Shown here: positions 31,095 to 39,250 of the stretch, piece after piece | How positions within the stretch are numbered: position 1 is the stretch's first letter | Layout of the letters: each line of letters opens with the position of its first letter | Source: a virus | Taxonomy: Duplodnaviria; Caudoviricetes | Direction: 5' to 3' (one strand) | Virus record (IMG/VR): IMGVR_UViG_3300020577_004796 | Location: 1-64,000 of that record | DNA length: 64,000 nucleotides | The notes under the pieces: generated by a model | What the model saw: only the letters and a program-made list of their open reading frames with translations | What the model was told of the DNA's origin: nothing | Database searches by the model: none | Made by a program: the position numbers and the translations under genes

Positions 31095-31340
31095 CTAATA
31101 CCTAGGTTCTGCTTTATTCTGTAAAAGAAAATCCCCAAAAGCAGCAAAGAATTCGTGCTCATCATCTATCTGGATCAGCTCTCCTATCTGTTTAAAAGTC
31201 ATTCCACCCAAATTAGGATTAAGGGCCATATCCCTAGCATCTTTACATCTAATCTTCCAATCCTGCTCTCTAGGTGCCCTTTCTTGACCTTCCTGGGCCC
31301 CTTCCTGCCCTTCTATCTGTTCTTCTATACTATTCTCCAT
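31095..31340 (-). CDS. Hypothetical protein
   Basis: 81 aa, overlaps the upstream 80-aa ORF. Confidence 0.55.
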   Translation of the reverse strand: MENSIEEQIEGQEGAQEGQERAPREQDWKIRCKDARDMALNPNLGGMTFKQIGELIQIDDEHEFFAAFGDFLLQNKAEPRY

Positions 31341-31572
31341 ATAAATTATCTTTTAAAGCTTTCTCAAACATTTTCATACCTTCTTCTCCAGTGAATACGC
31401 TAGGATGTCCAGGAATTCTAATCTCATATCCCCAATTGCCATGATCTATTATTCTAGGGTATTCTTCTTTTAATATTTTTAAAACCGTTGCTTCAATTTG
31501 CTCTTTTGTGATTTTCTCTATAATTCTCTTTTTCTTTTTAAATGAAGAGAAATTTAAAAACTTTTTTTTCAT
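31330..31572 (-). CDS. Hypothetical protein
   Basis: 80 aa, first gene of the minus-strand block. Confidence 0.5.
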   Translation of the reverse strand: MKKKFLNFSSFKKKKRIIEKITKEQIEATVLKILKEEYPRIIDHGNWGYEIRIPGHPSVFTGEEGMKMFEKALKDNLYGE

Positions 31573-32027
31573 ATTATTATTTTTTCACACCTTTGCCGCC
31601 CCTACCTGTTAAAAGATAACTAATAGCATAGGTACAAACAATAAAGACAATTAAATCTGGTATGTATCTCATATAACAAAGATACAACAAATAATCCATT
31701 TAACCAAATAAAGTTTCGTAATAAAACTAATTTTTTGTTATTTGTTACGTAAAAATATTTTTTATAAAATTTTTCTAGGAAAAAATTGACTGGATTAGTG
31801 AGGCTTAAAACTTTATATAATATTTTTTGTACAGAAATTCGAGTGTTAGAACTAACCCTAGTAGACATCCCTCTGTTTGTTTCGGGGGCAAGTACCCCCC
31901 GTACAAGTATCTCGTGTTGCGTTTCACGTAACACCTCATCTTGTTTCGTCTTCATGTTTTGTATTTCTCTTATTATACAACAGGTGCGTGACTACCTGTC
32001 TAAAACAAAGTGTCGCTCTCGTGCGTT

Positions 32028-32669
32028 ATGAAACAACCACGTATTGTATTGTTGACCCGTTTGACGGGCAGTTCTCTCGCTAAGTTCCCATCTGTAGCAT
32101 GGATTAACGGCGACAGGACAAAGATTGCTTCCATAGAGAAGAATCTTCGTGACCAAATCCTTGAGGTTGCGGGTATTGAGAAGGGCGATGACCTTGCCCA
32201 ATTGTCTTCGGACGCTCAACACGTAAACATCTACGCTTTGATAGGTACTCGTACCTTGACAGCGCAGGTTGCTACTGATGAGCAGGTTGCCATGAATACT
32301 GGTGCTAATGCGGCTAACAACCCTACAGCAGACCAGTTGGGTCATGTCTTCCCTAATCCGCTGGACGAAAGCCAAATGCTCATCACCGTGGAGCCTTACT
32401 ATCAGGACTTAGTCCTCAAGGTATCGGACACCACAGCAGGTCTCATCGACCAACTGTCAGGTGAAGAGGAATCAGCCGCATGGTCAGCATTCGAAGTGGC
32501 TAATGAAAAGCTTGCCGCTTCATTCACCAAAGCAGTTGCCGCAGAAAGCCTCAAGGCTGAACAGCGTGCTAAGCTTGCTGAACTGAATGCAAAACGTGCA
32601 GCCCTCAAGGCTAAAGAGCTCACAGGCGCTCCTGCACCACAGCCTGAAACCGAAAACGTTGAGGGATAA
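32028..32669 (+). CDS. Unknown GC-rich, codon-biased protein, first gene of the plus-strand block
   Basis: ATG at 32028; C-terminal Ala/Lys coiled-coil; composition distinct from flanks. Confidence 0.75.
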   Translation: MKQPRIVLLTRLTGSSLAKFPSVAWINGDRTKIASIEKNLRDQILEVAGIEKGDDLAQLSSDAQHVNIYALIGTRTLTAQVATDEQVAMNTGANAANNPTADQLGHVFPNPLDESQMLITVEPYYQDLVLKVSDTTAGLIDQLSGEEESAAWSAFEVANEKLAASFTKAVAAESLKAEQRAKLAELNAKRAALKAKELTGAPAPQPETENVEG

Positions 32670-32765
32670 TCTCATCGTTCGGTAAGTTCTTTGAAATATG
32701 ATTGAAGATAATGGACTACATTGTGCCGTAATGGTACCGTGTAGTCCTTATTTTTCTCTCATACG

Positions 32766-32927
32766 CGAATGAGTTTGGTACTATTGGTGCTCCCTTCGGT
32801 CGCTAATTAATAATGCTCGTTCCTCGCGTCCTACCCATTTGGCTGGTCAAGTCCCATCAGCAGAGCGAATGAGTAACGTATGCACGAATGAGTAGTCTAT
32901 TGACGTCCGAACATGACGCGAATGAGT
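32766..32927. repeat. Four copies of CGAATGAGT
   Basis: Exact 9-mers starting at 32766, 32866, 32885, 32919 in non-coding DNA. Confidence 0.85.
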
Positions 32928-33323
32928 AACCTGTCCTACGGGATTTAATCATTTAATAACCAAATTGACCAGTTTAATCATATTTGCATATTATTAGTCA
33001 TCTAGTATATGATTTATCATAGGAACTAGATTGAAAAGTCTCAGTTTACTACTAATAATATGTAATAATGTCTTTATATGATACGTTTAAACACTAACAC
33101 ACATTTCTTATGTTTACCTTTATTCACTCTACACTCAAAAAGTTTGGATTGAGCGACTAAGACTATTATGTGGGTGAAATGTATAAATATACATCCTAAA
33201 ATGTTGCAAGGGCTTAACTTACCCTTCTATCTCTAAGGAGATACTGGTTACAACAAAATATTCAAATCCCAAATGTAATTTTAATTATTTAGAGCGTAAG
33301 TCTACGATACAGGCATTAATACA

Positions 33324-33524
33324 ATGTACGAAGTATTAAAAGAAATAGGAAAAACCAAGGGTATTCTTGGTATCATTGATGCAATCTATGGTGAATCATT
33401 AGCTTCAGCTATGGATGCAGGCTATGATAATCTAACGACAGAACAGAAAGCTACTAACTTTAGAAGGTTATGTGATTATAATGCTGAATCATTTATCAAA
33501 AGACTTAAAGAAGATATTAAATAA
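33324..33524 (+). CDS. Hypothetical protein
   Basis: 66 aa with A-rich leader. Confidence 0.55.
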   Translation: MYEVLKEIGKTKGILGIIDAIYGESLASAMDAGYDNLTTEQKATNFRRLCDYNAESFIKRLKEDIK

Positions 33525-33777
33525 CCTTTGAATACATCCAATATAGATAGTAATGTCTTGAGGATGTGTTCTTATATTGCTTCTTTAGATAAGGGCGGTG
33601 CCAATAATTATAGTTATAAGTATTAGGACACATTAATTATTCGCATCCACCTTATCTAAAGAATTGTAATGCACCACAACTCAGAGGTATAACCAATCCT
33701 CACTGATTATATGAACTAATGGCTCAATGCAGAGTTGACTTGATTCGTACTCAAGATATATCAGTCTTCCCAAGGGA

Positions 33778-33809
33778 TTTGGAATTGTTAATAATAAGTT
33801 GTACCTTTG
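33778..33809 (+). promoter_or_regulatory. Bacteroidota primary-sigma promoter for the GIY-YIG gene
   Basis: TTTG-N20-TACCTTTG ending 5 nt before ATG 33814. Confidence 0.75.
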
Positions 33810-33813
33810 TGGT

Positions 33814-34356
33814 ATGATTTACATATATACAATTACAAGTCCTACGGGAAGGGTTTATGTGGGACAGACCATTAATCCTACAAAGAGAAAACACCTCTAT
33901 AAGTCATTACATTGTAAGACACAATATCTCATTTATAATTCCATATTGAAATATGGCTGGGATGCACATGTGTTTACTGTTATAGCAGAATTACCTATCG
34001 AATATGGAGATGATGCAGAAATAGCATATATTTCCTATTATAGGGCCTATCATACTGATGGTGGACTTAATCTTACTACAGGAGGATTACGCCCTAAAAT
34101 GACTGTAGAAACAAAACAGAAACTATCTGCTGCTATTATGGGAGCAAAGAATGCCAGAGCTAAGAAACTATATCAATATACATTAGATAAACAACTCATT
34201 AAAATATGGGATTGTATGAAATGTATTGAGAGAGAACTTGGTTATGGTACATCTTGGTTATCTATAGCAGCTAAAAATAATAAACAAGCTTACGGCTATC
34301 TATGGTCATATGAACCTCTGCAAGGGCTAGATGAATGGGTAATCTGTTCATGGTAA
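33814..34356 (+). CDS. GIY-YIG homing endonuclease (NUMOD3/NUMOD1)
   Basis: IYIYTITSPTGRVYVGQT, LNLTTGG, TVETKQKLS, LYQYTLD..LIKIW. Confidence 0.85.
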   Translation: MIYIYTITSPTGRVYVGQTINPTKRKHLYKSLHCKTQYLIYNSILKYGWDAHVFTVIAELPIEYGDDAEIAYISYYRAYHTDGGLNLTTGGLRPKMTVETKQKLSAAIMGAKNARAKKLYQYTLDKQLIKIWDCMKCIERELGYGTSWLSIAAKNNKQAYGYLWSYEPLQGLDEWVICSW

Positions 34357-34581
34357 CTCTCAGAGTGTAAAAGCCAGTTACAATAGAGTGCAGAGGGAAA
34401 ATACCTATATATCCTATCTTTTTGTTATAACTTATTGATAATCAATGAATGTATGTCAAGTTTACTTTACATTTTGTAAAGTTTAGTGTACATTTGTAAT
34501 AGACCCTGATCACAATCTTGGTTTATTACCTATTTTCTCTTATCTCTCATTTATTACTAACTATTAATAACTTATAGCATT

Positions 34582-34845
34582 ATGTCACAAGAATATACAA
34601 ATGGATGGATTGGTCTCACTAAATCCAAGTGGACTGAAATGAACAATACTATCTCTAATCAATTACCAGTATTCTGTCGTGTATCTTCAGGATTAGGTTT
34701 ATGTGCTGAAGAAACATTAAGAGCTAATGGTATTCATCCTGACTTTGTTCCTATAGTATTTAAAAGTAATTACTCTACTATAGGTAAACTACTACTAGAA
34801 ATAGAACAAGTTGTTCCTATTACTTATGTAGATATTCCTGATTAA
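34582..34845 (+). CDS. Hypothetical protein
   Basis: 87 aa ORF. Confidence 0.55.
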   Translation: MSQEYTNGWIGLTKSKWTEMNNTISNQLPVFCRVSSGLGLCAEETLRANGIHPDFVPIVFKSNYSTIGKLLLEIEQVVPITYVDIPD

Positions 34846-35501
34846 ATGCATTTATCAATATTTTCATATTAGTTAAAACTCTCATGTTTACCAAGTAAAC
34901 AAAATGCGTATAAACCAGAGTAATGTGATCTTTATGATCTTAAGCCTCTACGGACTATTTGTTTACTATTATTCTATTCTTCTTAAGAATAGTTTGTTCT
35001 TAGGTATAGAATAGATTTCTCATGATTCGATCTCTTATTCTTATGTTTAACTGAAAAATGCAAGGCAGTTCCACACATATATGTATTTCTAGAATACGTA
35101 TAAAACTCTAATAATTAGGTTCTTTAAATCCAGTAAGCGATTAACGCTGGAAGATTTCATCCCTAACATTGTAAAGAGTAAATATATAGATAAGTTAGGC
35201 ATAACTGATTCTATTAACATTGTGTATTATAACTATTTCTTCTTGAGATAGATAGTAGCAGTGGCTGTGATGTGGTAAGAACTAATAAGTATTATATAAA
35301 TAACAGTTATATAATATGAAAATGTTCTGATGCAGATAATGCATAACAAATCAAGATTATCCTAAGGTTCTCATATCTAGACTGGTGTTACCTGGAAGAT
35401 ATGTAATAGCACATGGTTTTGAGAGTCCATGTGCTATTATTTTTACTTATTTTCACACTAATACATAAATGCAAATCATTCACTCATAAAGCAATTTTAT
35501 T

Positions 35502-36098
35502 ATGATACGTTACAAACTCACAGATCAGAACATGAAAACTTATAATGGTTTTCAATGGAAAATAGGTAAGAAAATGATTACTTCTGGTTCAGGAGAATTA
35601 TGTAGTTCAGGATGGCTTCATTGTTATTCCGATCCTAATTTAGCTATTCTTTTCAATCCTATTCATGCAAATATTCAAAATCCAAGACTCTTTAAAGTTG
35701 AATGTGCGGGTTTACATAAAACAGATAAAGGATTAAAGGAAGGATTTACAGAAATGACTATAATAGAAGAAATAACAATTCCAAGTATTTCTTCTATTCA
35801 AAAAATAGAATTTTCTATATATTGTTCTTTACAAGTATATAAAGATTCTAACTATGTTAATTGGGCTAATAATTGGCTAAATAATATAGATCGTTCAGAG
35901 TCAGCAGCACGGACAGCAGCATGGACAGCAGCACGGACAGCAGAGTCAGCAGCATGGACAGCAGCACAGGCAGCACAGGCAGCAGAGTCAGCAGCATGGA
36001 CAGCAGAGTCAGCAGCACAGGCAGCAGAGTCAGCAGCACGGACAGCAGCAATTGATTTTATCTCTATTATTAATAAAGTATTAAATCGTACAAAATGA
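35502..36098 (+). CDS. Phage protein with DUF7666-like N-terminus and Ala/Trp-rich tandem repeats
   Basis: YK......F.W..G...LC..GW.H...P domain followed by SAARTAAWTAA-type repeats. Confidence 0.6.
   Translation: MIRYKLTDQNMKTYNGFQWKIGKKMITSGSGELCSSGWLHCYSDPNLAILFNPIHANIQNPRLFKVECAGLHKTDKGLKEGFTEMTIIEEITIPSISSIQKIEFSIYCSLQVYKDSNYVNWANNWLNNIDRSESAARTAAWTAARTAESAAWTAAQAAQAAESAAWTAESAAQAAESAARTAAIDFISIINKVLNRTK
35896..36050 (+). repeat. Imperfect in-frame CAGCAG-based tandem repeat
   Basis: Units such as CAGAGTCAGCAGCA(T/C)GGACAGCAG repeated several times; GC-rich against AT-rich flanks. Confidence 0.9.
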
Positions 36099-36387
36099 AA
36101 AAGCTCATTAAACTAATGCATTCTCTTACTTGTAAAGTATGTGGATGGCATATAAGACATTGTAAATGTCATTAATTTAATTCTTCAGATAGAATACAAT
36201 GAAAATGTTGCGTTATATGATGCAAATTATTAAATACTTGCATTATTCTATCTAAAGAATTAAATGCATACCAAACCTCAGAGGAGTTATATCCCTCACT
36301 GATTAGACAATAACTTAACACGGTAACAATTCTGTAATGTTTAAACTGATTCAAAAGGATTAAAATGTTTCAGTACATGGTTTTACA

Positions 36388-36503
36388 GGACGAGGAGGAT
36401 GTTGGCTTGAAAGCAGCAATCATTTAAAGAGTGGGATGGCAAATATGTTTTTTCTATTTTTATAGAGATAAATACCCTTTGGCGTAACAGCACACTCCAA
36501 GTT
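36388..36503 (+). ncRNA. 23S rRNA GTPase-associated-centre (H42-H44)-like structured RNA, copy 1
   Basis: GGAG-GATGTTGGCTTGAAAGCAGCAATCATTTAAAGAG-[about 48-nt hairpin insert]-TGGCGTAACAGCACA-CTCC. Confidence 0.8.
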
Positions 36504-36537
36504 AAGTTTAATCAGTCTTTCTCCCAAAGAGTGAGGT

Positions 36538-36673
36538 GTTGTAATGAGATAGGCAGGTCCCCAAAGACGGATAATAATGTAAATTAAAGAAACCGTGTTT
36601 ACTACTAGCTAAGTGATTAGAAACGTAGACTAGCAATAGGTCAGCGGTAAAGAGCATGTATCTCTATTACAAC
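36538..36673 (+). ncRNA. Unclassified multibranch structured RNA candidate
   Basis: Closing stem GTTGTAATGAGATA / TATCTCTATTACAAC; internal CTAA-GTGA-TTAG and CTA-GCAA-TAG GNRA hairpins. Confidence 0.5.
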
Positions 36674-36748
36674 AAGGTATATTGGGTGCTGATAGGAAAG
36701 ACTATCCCTCTTCGGAGGTTATTCAATTCACTCATTAAAACAATACTA

Positions 36749-37087
36749 ATGAAAAAGACATACATATTCAGATATGATACAAAGGATGGTAAATTCTTAG
36801 GCTATCATTATGATAGTTTCTGTACTACAGGTAACAGTGTTATAGAAGCTAAAAGATATCCAATGACTACAGAAGTACTTCCAGAACAAATGAAGACCAT
36901 TCGGGAGAATCTGGAATCATTATGTAAGAGATATACTAATAACATGTTCCATGGGCATCCTGTAGCTGATGTCATACTCTCTGAAGAAGAACTGACAGAG
37001 TCCGTAGAACAACAGTACCCACATACCATGAAATGGGCCAGAATAGAACTGGTAGATGGAGAAATACAAACTGTATCAACTCCTTAA
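36749..37087 (+). CDS. Hypothetical protein
   Basis: Likely start ATG 36749 (MKKTYIFRY) after a CACTCA box. Confidence 0.6.
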   Translation: MKKTYIFRYDTKDGKFLGYHYDSFCTTGNSVIEAKRYPMTTEVLPEQMKTIRENLESLCKRYTNNMFHGHPVADVILSEEELTESVEQQYPHTMKWARIELVDGEIQTVSTP

Positions 37088-37114
37088 TTCACTCACTTTA
37101 AAAACACATCAGGT

Positions 37115-37438
37115 ATGAACGCTAAACAAGAATTCCTAGGACATATAGGAACCCGTATAGTAAAATGTGCTATAATACGAATAGGAGATATATATATGGA
37201 TGAAGATGTAATAACTAACCTATTACCTGTAGGAGCATCTAGTACACAGTCAGAAACATTTCTGCAGAGTATAGATAGAAATTACAATAATGGGTATGGT
37301 ACTCAAGAACTATTTGGTACTATATGGTATACTGATGGTACCTGGTCTAGCAGAGGTGAATATGATGGCAGTGAATGGTGGGAACATCATAAATGCCCGG
37401 ATATACCAAAAGAACTACAACAGAAGCAATATCTATAG
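37115..37438 (+). CDS. Conserved small phage protein
   Basis: 107 aa, Y..GYG.QEL.GTIW..DGTW..R.EYDGSEWW motif. Confidence 0.7.
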   Translation: MNAKQEFLGHIGTRIVKCAIIRIGDIYMDEDVITNLLPVGASSTQSETFLQSIDRNYNNGYGTQELFGTIWYTDGTWSSRGEYDGSEWWEHHKCPDIPKELQQKQYL

Positions 37439-37440
37439 GT

Positions 37441-37635
37441 GGTGTGGTAGAGAATGTTGGCTTGAAAGTAGCCATCATCTAAGGAGTAGGTGAGAACCCT
37501 AAGCACAGTGGCAATCTCTGGTAATGGGAGATATGAAGTGGGCATGGGATAAATTCAAAAGTTGGGTGGATTAAACGCCACTACCTGGTAGTCATTATAC
37601 CAGCCTTTTGGTGTAACAACACACTCTGTCACATC
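37441..37635 (+). ncRNA. 23S rRNA GTPase-associated-centre (H42-H44)-like structured RNA, copy 2
   Basis: 12-bp closing helix GGTGTGGTAGAG/CTCTGTCACATC around AATGTTGGCTTGAAAGTAGCCATCATCTAAGGAG-[about 120-nt insert]-TGGTGTAACAACACA. Confidence 0.8.
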
Positions 37636-37670
37636 ATCTATAGATACTTATAGTAAAACAACAATATCCC

Positions 37671-37803
37671 CCTCTGTAGGGGTAGTGGTAGAAAATGATA
37701 TATAGCAGTTAAGTCAAAGATCCGGAAAATGGCCCATGGAGGTACTAGACACACCTGGTCATCTGCAGTATGGATATATCAGCTACCATTACCTCTACAG
37801 AGG
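37671..37803 (+). ncRNA. Long hairpin / multibranch element
   Basis: 21-bp closing helix CCTCTGTAGGGGTAGTGGTAG / CTACCATTACCTCTACAGAGG (with G-U pairs), plus inner TGATATAT/ATATATCA. Confidence 0.6.
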
Positions 37804-38926
37804 ATTAAGTTAACAACAGTACAGATATTAATACCTTTGTATAACAATCACTCACAAATAAAACAACTAACAAATACCTGTAGAGTATGGTGTAGAACTT
37901 AGAAAGAACTAATAAGTGTGGGTAAAATGCTGTGGCTAATAACCATATACATCATCTCTACAGGTAATATAAAACATTAAAATGGGAAAGAATACTGCAA
38001 GGAATAATCCAGGTAAAGTTAATGGTGATATTGGTCAGGGAGTAAAACGTAAGGACAACCCAGAACTATGGCATAAACTACACGGACATGCTGTAAACTA
38101 TAAAGGTAAAAGACACAATAATGCATTAGGCTCACTATACGGGAAACCTGATAGAGAAGAATATTATAAATACGAATCTGAATAAACACTCTGAAGTAAG
38201 CCTTGTTGTAATAGGTATAAGTATTAGGGTCTCTGATGTAATATTCAGGCTTGTCTAACCTTTTAACAACTATTACAACAGGCTTATGGAAGAGTATTAA
38301 ACAATGACTATTTAAAAAATAACTTATGAGATATAGATTTGATACTTGTTATAATAAACAAAAAACCAGCACATGGCTGCATTTTTATATCTTACCTTCT
38401 ATAGGATTTGAAATGCAAAAACCTAAATTAGCAGCGAGATATTGGGAATTTCATTTTGGCTGGTTATTTTGGAATCTTATTATATCGTTTTAAACAATAT
38501 TAATATGGCTACTAAATTTATAACTCTAAATAGAGCAAAAGACCTTGAAGTAAGTATAGGTTGGCTTTCTAATTATCAAAATAAATCTGGAGAAAAACAT
38601 GTAATTGGTAATTCTTTAGAGGATATAGATGCAGAAGCTACTGAAAAACTTAAACAACTTTCAAAGTTAAATAAAGAACGTGAAAGTTTATTAACTTGGT
38701 TCAAACAATATTGATAACACATAAAAGCAAACAACATGAAAAAGTCAACAATAATACTTGGTATAATATCTCTGATACTGTTCATCTGTAGTGCCATCTA
38801 TGACAGTCCCATACTGTTCATGATAGGGTTCGCTACCTGTATAACAGCATGTCTGATACAGGGATGGGATACATGGTCAGCAGGAGATGATGAAGAATAA
38901 GTTCACTCACTAAAAATAAAAACATT

Positions 38927-39235
38927 ATGACACCAATACAACAGAAAATAGAAGAATACCGGGAGTGGCTACAGGAAGAAGTTAGAGTACGGAAAGGAGC
39001 TATTAATATGGGAGCAGCAATGATGGGAATGGGATATGAAGATGCCCTGCAGAAACTAGACACTATGTTCCCCGTGGAACATACATCAGAAGAACCTACA
39101 ATGTCAGACCTCATCATGGATACTGTAGATATACCGGTAGATGATGGACCTATAGAAGAAGAATGGGCTCGTAAAGACATAAAACAGGAACTGGGTATAG
39201 CAGATGAAACTGATAATATCTATCCAAAACACTAA
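38927..39235 (+). CDS. Hypothetical protein
   Basis: 102 aa after a CACTCA box. Confidence 0.6.
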   Translation: MTPIQQKIEEYREWLQEEVRVRKGAINMGAAMMGMGYEDALQKLDTMFPVEHTSEEPTMSDLIMDTVDIPVDDGPIEEEWARKDIKQELGIADETDNIYPKH

Positions 39236-39250
39236 ATCAAAACAACATAT

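Noticed and set aside
31620-32375. Minus-strand ORFs 31620..31955 and 31992..32375
   Set aside because: Low-complexity AT-rich frame and antisense shadow of the 32028 gene; no protein-like motifs
32766-32927. Mini-CRISPR array
   Set aside because: The repeat is only 9 nt with irregular spacing (100, 19, 34 nt) and no cas genes
35896-36050. CRISPR array or DGR variable/template repeat
   Set aside because: The repeats are in-frame, degenerate and lack unique spacers; there is no reverse transcriptase or adenine-specific mismatch pair in the window
36388-37635. True rRNA gene or host rRNA contamination
   Set aside because: Similarity is limited to about 50 nt of H42-H44, interrupted by non-rRNA inserts and flanked by phage ORFs; no other rRNA domains or sarcin-ricin loop were seen
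38229-38250. Hammerhead ribozyme core (CTGATG)
   Set aside because: It forms a simple CTGA/TCAG hairpin, with no CUGAUGA plus GAAA three-way junction
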